Shown: in pieces, positions 55,144 to 61,132 of the stretch
How positions within the stretch are numbered: the first letter of the stretch is position 1
How the letters are laid out: every line of letters begins with the position of its first letter
IMG/VR virus record: IMGVR_UViG_3300028831_000035
Span: 1 to 64,000 of that record
DNA from: a virus
Length of the DNA: 64,000 nucleotides
Strand: one strand, 5' to 3'
Position numbers and translations under genes: made by a program
The notes under the pieces: generated by a model
Told to the model about the DNA's origin: nothing
The model's database searches: none
The model's input: only the letters and a program-made list of their open reading frames with translations

Positions 55144-55413
55144 CTAGGCGGCGACGCCGTACACGCTCTCCCGAACGTGGGTCGACCAGAACATCGAGCC
55201 GGATGCGCGACGACCGGAGCGGTAGCGCTGGATGTACTTCCACGCTCGCTTGAAGCGGTTTGGCTTGCCGACTACCAGCTCGACCAGGGTCGCCCAGGTC
55301 TCTTTGTAGTTACGGATCGCATCGTACACCGCAATCCCGACCAACACAAGGGCGCTGATAACTCCGGCACCCTTGTCTGCAAACCAGACACCTAATCGTT
55401 TCGCGTGAATCAC
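55144..55413 (-). CDS. membrane protein
   Basis: 89 aa with a GTGA overlap and AAGGAGG upstream. One TM (GAGVISALVLVGIAVY). Confidence 0.6.
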   Translation of the reverse strand: MIHAKRLGVWFADKGAGVISALVLVGIAVYDAIRNYKETWATLVELVVGKPNRFKRAWKYIQRYRSGRRASGSMFWSTHVRESVYGVAA

Positions 55414-55874
55414 TGGACTTCCTCCTTGAAGACAAGACCATCAGCTGTATAGGTTGTAACTGATCGACGCTCTACTGTCAAGCGCTTCCGCTCTGCTATG
55501 TCATTCAGCTTAGTTAGGTCACTGGGCCTGAGTACTCTCTCTTCAAGCACCAGGGGGAGTGGGCCGGTTCGTGCGAACGGATGACCACCTCGAAACCTCG
55601 GTCGATGCTGGTCGTTAAACGGTGGACAGACCATGCTGATCCATCTGCCTTCAACCCTGCGTGCTATCTCCAGGCTAGGCTGGGTGCGCACCTCGATTGA
55701 CTCCATGAACAACCACCATGGAGACTTCGTCATTGCGTTAGACCTGTGCCTGCCGATCCTAGCCCAAGGTTCCTTCGAGCTTCCGATATACAGTACATCT
55801 CCGAACTGATCGAATGCCAGGTAGATGCCGGGAGATTCGAGTTCGTGCTTGTTGTAATAGTAAATCCTACTCAT
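55410..55874 (-). CDS. GIY-YIG nuclease (homing-endonuclease-like)
   Basis: PGIYLAF-x10-LYIGSS with a downstream R and E. The start is set at ATG 55874 (GGGAGG 5 nt upstream). The track start at 55901 would read through the start-associated motif. Confidence 0.7.
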   Translation of the reverse strand: MSRIYYYNKHELESPGIYLAFDQFGDVLYIGSSKEPWARIGRHRSNAMTKSPWWLFMESIEVRTQPSLEIARRVEGRWISMVCPPFNDQHRPRFRGGHPFARTGPLPLVLEERVLRPSDLTKLNDIAERKRLTVERRSVTTYTADGLVFKEEVQ

Positions 55875-55911
55875 CACTACCTCCCTGTCGGGGATGGACA
55901 TTCACTCAAGG

Positions 55912-55951
55912 TCCGGCTCAGTACGCCATTCGCGGTCGGTACTGAGCCGGA
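55912..55951 (-). terminator. 13-bp hairpin downstream of the LPXTG gene
   Basis: TCCGGCTCAGTAC/GTACTGAGCCGGA. There is no T-tract. Confidence 0.45.
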
Positions 55952-55954
55952 CAT

Positions 55955-56863
55955 TCAGCGAACGGGCTTCCTACGGGTGAACCAGTAGGCTGCCAGTCCT
56001 GCACCAAGGGTTACGACACCAATGCCGATCACCCAAGTCAAGCCTGCACCAGTCACGGGCAGTTCCTCTTCGTCACCCTTCGGGTCGACCGGAGTCACTA
56101 CAGCAGGCGCCCCCGTCGTCTTGCTTGGCGAAGGTGTTCCCGTCCTGCTAGGCGTGACAGTGGGGGTTCCAGTAGGAGTTCCCGTCGGCGTCCCGCTCGG
56201 GGTACCAGTCGGCGTACCAGTGGGAGTCCCCGTAGGAGTGCCCGTTGGCGTGCCTGTCGGACTTCCAGTCGGCGTCCCGGTCGGGGTGCCAGTCGGGGTC
56301 GGCTTGACACAGCCAAGCTTGTACTCCTTACCCTGGAACGAGACGACCGACACGGTAGTCTTCACCGTGCCAGCGGGACTCTTGGTGTAACCCACACCGA
56401 AGCGCACGACGTTCTTGCTCTTCGGTGGCGTCGTCATCTCTACCAGCTTGTCCGGGTCGGCGTTGCTGTAGAGCTGACCTCCGGTTACCATGTCCCACTG
56501 GTGGGACATCCGGTTGTACCGGAGAGTAGCGTACCCGCTGTTGTCAGCGTTCACTACCTCGACCGAGAAGAATGACGGCTGGTCCGGCGTAGGGGTAGCG
56601 GTAAAGTCTCCGCTGTCCAGGTCGGCAGTCGTCAGTCCGGCCGGTGCATTGTGATGAATCAGATCGGTCGACTCGAAGACGAACCCGTCGTACGTTCGAG
56701 TCGGCTTGCGGTCCGCCTCGTCAGGGTTGACGAACCAGCCCTCGATCTTGCAGGGGTTCGGATCGACTTCCGTTTCTGCATGCGCAGTTACGGGGCCAAT
56801 CAGTGCGAACCCGAGCACCGCCGTGCCCGCTACGAGCGCAGCAGCCTGTGTTCGATACTTCAT
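55955..56863 (-). CDS. secreted LPXTG cell-wall-anchored surface protein
   Basis: The start is set at MKYRTQAAALVAGTAVLGFALIGPVTAHA, a signal peptide with AAAGGGG RBS. It has a (PTGT)n linker and ends LPVTGAG, a hydrophobic helix, then RRKPVR. The track start at 56959 would overlap the tRNA-like element. Confidence 0.8.
   Translation of the reverse strand: MKYRTQAAALVAGTAVLGFALIGPVTAHAETEVDPNPCKIEGWFVNPDEADRKPTRTYDGFVFESTDLIHHNAPAGLTTADLDSGDFTATPTPDQPSFFSVEVVNADNSGYATLRYNRMSHQWDMVTGGQLYSNADPDKLVEMTTPPKSKNVVRFGVGYTKSPAGTVKTTVSVVSFQGKEYKLGCVKPTPTGTPTGTPTGSPTGTPTGTPTGTPTGTPTGTPSGTPTGTPTGTPTVTPSRTGTPSPSKTTGAPAVVTPVDPKGDEEELPVTGAGLTWVIGIGVVTLGAGLAAYWFTRRKPVR
56156..56302 (-). repeat. 12-nt tandem repeat encoding (P-T-G-T)n
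   Basis: About 12 units of CCNACNGGNAC(N), read on the plus strand as ggtnccngtngg variants. Confidence 0.85.
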
Positions 56864-56908
56864 ACCGCCCCTTTCAGGGCCTCTGATCAGGACCACCGTG
56901 GCCCCTGC

Positions 56909-56987
56909 TTCCCCGACTGGAGTCGAACCAGTACCCGATACCCAGGAGCGACCCGGCATCTGCTCTGCCTGCTTAAGCTACGGGGAA
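56909..56987 (-). tRNA. tRNA-like cloverleaf with an expanded anticodon loop (Arg-CCU-like loop plus a 7-nt insert); possibly non-canonical or a pseudo-tRNA
   Basis: TTCCCCG-TA-GCTT-AAGCAGGCA-GAGC-A-GATGC-CGGGTCGCTCCTGG-GTATC-GGGT-ACTGG-TTCGACT-CCAGT-CGGGGAA. It has a 7-bp acceptor, U8, a D arm with GG, a canonical TTCGA T-loop and G53:C61. The anticodon loop is 14 nt rather than 7. Confidence 0.45.
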
Positions 56988-56992
56988 TTGCC

Positions 56993-57020
56993 GTTCGGTA
57001 CAGTTTAAACTGCACCGAAC
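56993..57020 (-). terminator. hairpin between the upstream gene and the tRNA-like element
   Basis: GTTCGGTGCAGT-TTAA-ACTGTACCGAAC (minus strand), with one mismatch. Confidence 0.4.
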
Positions 57021-57060
57021 TGGTGCAACCTACACTAGGTGGATGGGTTTGTCTAGTCCG

Positions 57061-57453
57061 TCAGGTATTCTGCCTGATGTGCCGTTCGATCGACTTCAAA
57101 AAGTCTTCGAGGTTGAACTGTAGAACCTTCGGGCTTTCGAGCAACGCCTGGACCAACTCATCCCGTGCGTTGAGCAAAACTCCACTCATGAAGGTCCGGA
57201 GTGCTTCGGGTACCGGCGCACCCTGGTGATCAAGGTCAGGTGCAACCTTGTCGTACCAGCGATTAATTGCCATCGCATCGTAGTAACCCTTGGTTGCAGC
57301 GGTTACCCGAGACGAGGGGCCAATCCACATCATCGGCCCTGTTGTCTCTGTGTACAGAGACTCACTCTCCGTACTCTCTGTATCAACCTCGTAGTCGCCA
57401 ACCTTAGCGGTTGGCTCCGAAACTCCCGGCACAGGACTCGTAGGGTATCCCAT
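57061..57453 (-). CDS. hypothetical protein
   Basis: 130 aa with GGCGGAG RBS. Confidence 0.65.
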   Translation of the reverse strand: MGYPTSPVPGVSEPTAKVGDYEVDTESTESESLYTETTGPMMWIGPSSRVTAATKGYYDAMAINRWYDKVAPDLDHQGAPVPEALRTFMSGVLLNARDELVQALLESPKVLQFNLEDFLKSIERHIRQNT

Positions 57454-57714
57454 TCACTCCGCCTTCCATCCGCTGATATCGTTCAGTCCTTCGGTAAAGT
57501 CGTACCAGGCAATTACGCCACCAATTGCGGCGCCCAGTAGTAATGCACACACCCCGGCCACCAGCACCAGGATGGCTACACCGATACCTCGACGCCAGGT
57601 CAATCGTTCTTTCCCAACGACCGGCTCCGGTACGAGGTTGTTATCTTGGATCAACGCCTCAAACTCCAGCGTCTTCCATCCGTCAACGGGCAAGCCTACC
57701 CCCGAGTACTCCAA
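57454..57714 (-). CDS. membrane protein, start uncertain
   Basis: 86 aa with a TTG start in the track. One TM (GIGVAILVLVAGVCALLLGAAIGGVIAW). Confidence 0.5.
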   Translation of the reverse strand: MEYSGVGLPVDGWKTLEFEALIQDNNLVPEPVVGKERLTWRRGIGVAILVLVAGVCALLLGAAIGGVIAWYDFTEGLNDISGWKAE

Positions 57715-57799
57715 TCATGATGAGCGAGCCACCAATGCCAGCCATCAGGGGAATGTACGGCTTGAGCATGAACACCAACTGCAATAACCAGTCGATCAC
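57683..57799 (-). CDS. small membrane protein (38 aa, below the track cutoff)
   Basis: GTGA overlap with the upstream stop. It reads MIDWLLQLVFMLKPYIPLMAGIGGSLIMIGVLGGRLAR. Confidence 0.3.
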   Translation of the reverse strand: MIDWLLQLVFMLKPYIPLMAGIGGSLIMIGVLGGRLAR

Positions 57800-58212
57800 T
57801 TGCACGATCCTTCCACATCGGAGAGGCGATCAAGCTCTTCTACCAACTGCGCCTTGAGAATGTCGGCATCGTTGGAGAGGTTGATCTGGTTCTGCTTCTC
57901 TACGTTGAGCGCTTTCCAGTCCTTCATGATGATTGCCTGGAAACTCTGGTCGATGATTGCCGTCTGTCCGTTGGTAGCCAGGTTCAGCTTCCGAGTAGTA
58001 GCGGCAACCTTCTTCGTCCAAGCAATCTCGTCCTTGCAGTCCTGCGAAACTCCCTCCCGAACCACCTTCTCGCGCACCTCTACACGTGGTGCCTGCGTTG
58101 TCGTGCTAGTGGTTCCATGCGTCGGTTCGGAGGGCGGGTCGCCTCCTGTGACCGTGCCTGCTACGAATAGCAGGACGACCGCAAAGACGACCCCTCCTAG
58201 AAAGCTCTTCAC
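57796..58212 (-). CDS. membrane-anchored/secreted protein
   Basis: 138 aa; GTG preceded by the start-associated motif. N-terminal signal anchor FLGGVVFAVVLLFVAGTV. Confidence 0.65.
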   Translation of the reverse strand: MKSFLGGVVFAVVLLFVAGTVTGGDPPSEPTHGTTSTTTQAPRVEVREKVVREGVSQDCKDEIAWTKKVAATTRKLNLATNGQTAIIDQSFQAIIMKDWKALNVEKQNQINLSNDADILKAQLVEELDRLSDVEGSCK

Positions 58213-58238
58213 TTTACAACCTCCCGATGTGGTCGGGG

Positions 58239-58712
58239 TTAGCTTGTGACCAAGTGCTGAACGTGCGCCTCGGTCAGGCCGTACACATTAGCAAGATCGG
58301 TCAGTGAGAATCCTGCTGAATGCATAGCCTTGATGGCGTGCACATTCTTGGGGTCAACGCGCGGGAACTTCGGCACCTCCTTCTTGGGTACGTCCTTCTT
58401 GGTGGCTGCGGCTGGTCGATACGGCGTGCCCGGCGGTGGCGGGTTGTACTTGTACCCAGGCGTCGGCTCGAAGGGGATTTCCTTCTGCCGAATCCGCCAT
58501 CGCTTCTGCGCCTCAACCAACACCTCGCGCGCCGACTTGTAGTGAGGCAGACACATGAGCAGCACGACGCTTGCCATCTCGTTTGCACGAGCTTTCAGTT
58601 CAGCCTCGTCGTTGCCAGGGTTACCTTTCACCTGGTCAACTAGCTCGTCCAGCCTGTCCCACATCTTCTCGGCCAATGACTTGCCGTGGTGCGGGGGAGT
58701 GTACTCAGTCAC
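58239..58712 (-). CDS. hypothetical protein with a C-terminal HTH
   Basis: 157 aa. IKAMHSAGFSLTDLANVYGLTEAHVQHLV resembles a sigma region-4 or resolvase-type HTH. Confidence 0.65.
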   Translation of the reverse strand: MTEYTPPHHGKSLAEKMWDRLDELVDQVKGNPGNDEAELKARANEMASVVLLMCLPHYKSAREVLVEAQKRWRIRQKEIPFEPTPGYKYNPPPPGTPYRPAAATKKDVPKKEVPKFPRVDPKNVHAIKAMHSAGFSLTDLANVYGLTEAHVQHLVTS

Positions 58713-58905
58713 GCGTCATCTCTTTCAGGCTGGCCTTGATGCCAGCGATGCACGCAAGAATGAGCGTACTCATCAGCATCACGCGCGCCCGGTTGACAGG
58801 CTCAGTCACGTCCCACCAGCTAAGGCAGCCGAACGTCAGCCCGCCCACGAAGAACAGCGTGCGAGCTACCTTGTAGTAGACGGTTGCCTTGATCTTCTTG
58901 ATCAT
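58705..58905 (-). CDS. membrane protein (2 TM)
   Basis: 66 aa with an ATGA overlap. Confidence 0.55.
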   Translation of the reverse strand: MIKKIKATVYYKVARTLFFVGGLTFGCLSWWDVTEPVNRARVMLMSTLILACIAGIKASLKEMTRD

Positions 58906-58997
58906 CGCTTCCTACTCGCGAGGAATGCAATCCAGATACCCTGGATTGCTAGTCCGACAAGGACTCCTGAAAGAAAAGACCAGATGTCCAGACTCAT
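58902..58997 (-). CDS. small membrane protein (31 aa)
   Basis: ATGA overlaps at both ends. It reads MSLDIWSFLSGVLVGLAIQGIWIAFLASRKR. Confidence 0.3.
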   Translation of the reverse strand: MSLDIWSFLSGVLVGLAIQGIWIAFLASRKR

Positions 58998-59173
58998 CGC
59001 TGCTTCTTCAGCGCCTCGTTGGTAGCGTTCGCCATCTGCGCGCCGCGCAGTAGGTACGCGTGCGCCAGCGGGTCACGCTTCTTGATGAAGCGGAACACCC
59101 ACTTGATGTAGCGATGCACGGCGTACGCACCCACGAGCACACCGCCCAAGAACCATGCGGCGTTTCCCCACAT
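58994..59173 (-). CDS. small membrane protein (59 aa, below the track cutoff)
   Basis: The ATG is preceded by the start-associated motif with GGGAGG 5 nt upstream. It reads MWGNAAWFLGGVLVGAYAVHRYIKWVFRFIKKRDPLAHAYLLRGAQMANATNEALKKQR. Confidence 0.45.
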   Translation of the reverse strand: MWGNAAWFLGGVLVGAYAVHRYIKWVFRFIKKRDPLAHAYLLRGAQMANATNEALKKQR

Positions 59174-59219
59174 ACTGCCTCCCTGTTATCGGGGTTAACT
59201 ACACCAGACTTGCAAGGGC

Positions 59220-59280
59220 CTAGCCAGTTGGGCGCTATCCCACGTCGATGGGTCGAATCGACAGTGAGCCAACTGACTAG
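59220..59280 (-). other. structured intergenic RNA element
   Basis: A 12-bp long-range stem CTAGTCAGTTGG/CCAACTGGCTAG (one G-U) encloses a GTCGA/TCGAC hairpin. Confidence 0.5.
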
Positions 59281-59291
59281 ACTCTAACGAG

Positions 59292-59618
59292 TCAGGGGTA
59301 GATCTGGCCGTCCTCGTAGTGCAGCCAGTCATCGTAGCTGACCTTGACTTGGCGTATGTCTGACTCGTTGCCCCGGTTAACCGGGATCATGAGCAGCCAG
59401 TAGTCGAGGTCAGAATTGTACGGCCGCTGCCCGTACAGGTACTTGCGGCACACACCCTCTTGGTACTGTACGCACTCGCGAATCAGCACGTCCCGGTCAC
59501 CGACCGAAACTGCATGTTCGAGTACGCGTTCAGGTGCCTGGCGTCCCCGGGTCAGGAACGCCAGGCCAGTCGTCAGGGTCAGCACTACGATGATTCCAAC
59601 TGCTAGGACTCGTCGCAC
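59292..59618 (-). CDS. membrane-anchored/secreted protein
   Basis: 108 aa with the N-terminal TM VLAVGIIVVLTLTTGLAFL. Confidence 0.65.
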   Translation of the reverse strand: MRRVLAVGIIVVLTLTTGLAFLTRGRQAPERVLEHAVSVGDRDVLIRECVQYQEGVCRKYLYGQRPYNSDLDYWLLMIPVNRGNESDIRQVKVSYDDWLHYEDGQIYP

Positions 59619-59632
59619 TGCGACCCCCGTCG

Positions 59633-60022
59633 TCAGTTACCCTGCAATGTACGTGCGTGCGAATCGAGCGGCCAGTTGCGGTTGCCTGGACGGTGGCAAA
59701 GTTCTTCCCACTCTTTCCGTTCGGCGTCCACACCTACCCGGTCGGCAGGCACAATCCTAACCTCGATCGGCTCACTTTCCCAATCGATGTGTGTGCCATC
59801 GTAAACCCACCGTCCCGCCGGTGTACGCGTGATACACCGTGTCTTCACGCCGTAACGACGAACGGTAATGGTTTGCCCGGAGACACGGTAGTCTGCACAC
59901 CTCGACCAGATAGTCACGTCATTCTCCATGACGAGACATCCAATCAGTTCTTCGAGCATGTCCAGCTGAACTACGTATCCAGTGTGCGCACGCACTTGCG
60001 CAAGGCGCTGGTAGGGGGTCAC
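59633..60022 (-). CDS. hypothetical protein
   Basis: 129 aa; GTG preceded by the start-associated motif. Confidence 0.65.
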   Translation of the reverse strand: MTPYQRLAQVRAHTGYVVQLDMLEELIGCLVMENDVTIWSRCADYRVSGQTITVRRYGVKTRCITRTPAGRWVYDGTHIDWESEPIEVRIVPADRVGVDAERKEWEELCHRPGNRNWPLDSHARTLQGN

Positions 60023-60045
60023 GCCACTGCCTCCCTGTCGGGGTG

Positions 60046-60168
60046 TTACTTCTTCTTCTGTTCCTTGCGACCCGTGTCGACGCCCTGGTCAGCGCCTGCA
60101 TCTTCCGTCTCGCGGTCGATCCGTTCGGCTTCCTTGCCGGGCTGTCGCTTCGGGAGCGGGTTAGGCAT
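60046..60168 (-). CDS. small hydrophilic protein (40 aa)
   Basis: ATGCCTAA overlap with the upstream stop. It reads MPNPLPKRQPGKEAERIDRETEDAGADQGVDTGRKEQKKK and ends exactly at the next start-associated motif. Confidence 0.3.
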   Translation of the reverse strand: MPNPLPKRQPGKEAERIDRETEDAGADQGVDTGRKEQKKK

Positions 60169-60697
60169 TACGTTCCTTCCAGATGGTGACTGCGATCGTG
60201 GTGAGTACCAGTAGAACCCCGGCCACGTAGCCGACCAGTCCTACCTTCCAGGAGTGCGACAGGGTGGCGGTCGGCACTGCTACCAACACGCCACCCCAGA
60301 ACATGGTCATGAAGTCCAGTCCGTGCAACCAGTTGACCATGAGCATTAGGCCAGCCTCTAGGCCAGCGTACCCTACAAGAGTGGCCGCCGTCGCGGCGGT
60401 GAAAATACCACCGGCGGCGAGGCTGACTCCGTAGGGGAGTCCGGCACAGAATGCGAGGGCTCCGACGGTTCCGGAGGCAACGCAAAGTCTGAGTGCTGTA
60501 GAACTGGAATGCCGTACGATCTGTGCCAGTGGTCGTCGCTGCCCGGCTCGCCCTCGATGTGCAGGGTCAGATGTAACAACCGCAAGTCGCCGTTGCTCCT
60601 CCCTGTGATGAAGTCCTGCCAGTCTTCGCCGTCCAGGTCGGCAGTCGTAGAATGAGCCCGTTGTAGGTGTCGGTTTAGGGACCAGTGGCTCATCCAT
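60161..60697 (-). CDS. membrane protein (4 TM in the C-terminal 110 aa); the N-terminal 65 aa look non-coding
   Basis: 178-aa track ORF. The TM part is convincing, but the only start in this frame is ATG 60697. The first 65 codons have GC3 of about 36% and are Arg-rich. Confidence 0.45.
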   Translation of the reverse strand: MDEPLVPKPTPTTGSFYDCRPGRRRLAGLHHREEQRRLAVVTSDPAHRGRAGQRRPLAQIVRHSSSTALRLCVASGTVGALAFCAGLPYGVSLAAGGIFTAATAATLVGYAGLEAGLMLMVNWLHGLDFMTMFWGGVLVAVPTATLSHSWKVGLVGYVAGVLLVLTTIAVTIWKERNA

Positions 60698-60711
60698 TGC
60701 GGAAGCTTCAC
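60373..60711 (-). CDS. hypothetical protein; the N-terminal 70 aa look genuine, the tail looks off-frame
   Basis: GTG 60711 lies 10 nt after GGGAGG (alternative ATG 60693). GC3 is about 79% down to about 60525, then the sequence becomes a Pro/Ser-rich tail. The track ORF start at 60924 lies inside an RNA-like region. Confidence 0.4.
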   Translation of the reverse strand: MKLPQWMSHWSLNRHLQRAHSTTADLDGEDWQDFITGRSNGDLRLLHLTLHIEGEPGSDDHWHRSYGIPVLQHSDFALPPEPSEPSHSVPDSPTESASPPVVFSPPRRRPLL

Positions 60712-60745
60712 CTTTCTGCTACCTCCCTGTCGGGGTGGATGGGGA

Positions 60746-60814
60746 GTGGTACTGTGCTGAGCCGAACGGAACCCCCTCAGGAACAGTTCGACGCGCTTTC
60801 CAGCACAGTACCAC
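60746..60814 (-). other. 14-bp perfect inverted repeat enclosing two small hairpins
   Basis: GTGGTACTGTGCTG ... CAGCACAGTACCAC. The interior has GGAA/TTCC and TGAG/CTCA stems. Confidence 0.7.
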
Positions 60815-60892
60815 GTGCCCTCCCTGACATCCACACAGTAGTGTGCGAGGGGCGTCGTCACTTCCGTGGTCGACTGGAATGCCAGGGAACGT

Positions 60893-60985
60893 GGAGGTAC
60901 CCGGAATTGAACACGGGTCGCCACACTTCCGGTCAGCCCCCTACAAGCTTCCCTCGTCGTGTGGTCTGGCTACCTGCCTACCTCC
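60893..60985 (-). ncRNA. tRNA-like element (acceptor plus T-arm mimic with expanded interior)
   Basis: GGAGGTA (5') pairs with TACCTCC (3') over 7 bp. The adjacent T arm is CCCG(T)G-TTCAATT-CCGGG, with one bulged T and G53:C61. There is a 6-bp CCACAC/GTGTGG stem in the anticodon-arm position enclosing 32 nt, and a mini GGC/GCC D-like hairpin. Confidence 0.35.
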
Positions 60986-61076
60986 TAGACATCAGCCTGG
61001 GACCAGCCACGCATCTGGGGATTTAACACCAGAGCATCGTTGCTGTTTGCCAAGCTGATGCTGTCTTGCTACGGGC

Positions 61077-61106
61077 ACCCTATCGCATGCCCGTCCACCA
61101 TGTCAA
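61077..61106 (-). promoter_or_regulatory. candidate strong promoter
   Basis: Minus strand: TTGACA (61106-61101), 18 nt spacer, TAGGGT (61082-61077). It lies just after an ACCGGT/ACCGGT hairpin downstream of the Myb-like gene. Confidence 0.5.
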
Positions 61107-61132
61107 CCGGTCAGTTATCTACCGGTCTGTAC

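Noticed and set aside
56156-56302. Short tandem repeats as a possible CRISPR-like or regulatory array
   Set aside because: The period is 12 nt with no spacers, in frame within the LPXTG gene, where it encodes the (PTGT)n stalk.
55955-56959. 334-aa version of the LPXTG gene starting at 56959
   Set aside because: The extension is Gly/Arg/Val-rich, precedes a perfect signal peptide that has its own RBS, and would be translated through the tRNA-like cloverleaf.
60893-60985. tmRNA interpretation of the second tRNA-like element (its 3' end resembles tmRNA/tRNA 3' ends; GGGGGCTGA occurs internally)
   Set aside because: There are only 93 nt between the paired ends. I found no tag reading frame or pseudoknots, and the internal GGGGGCTGA has no complementary 3' partner.
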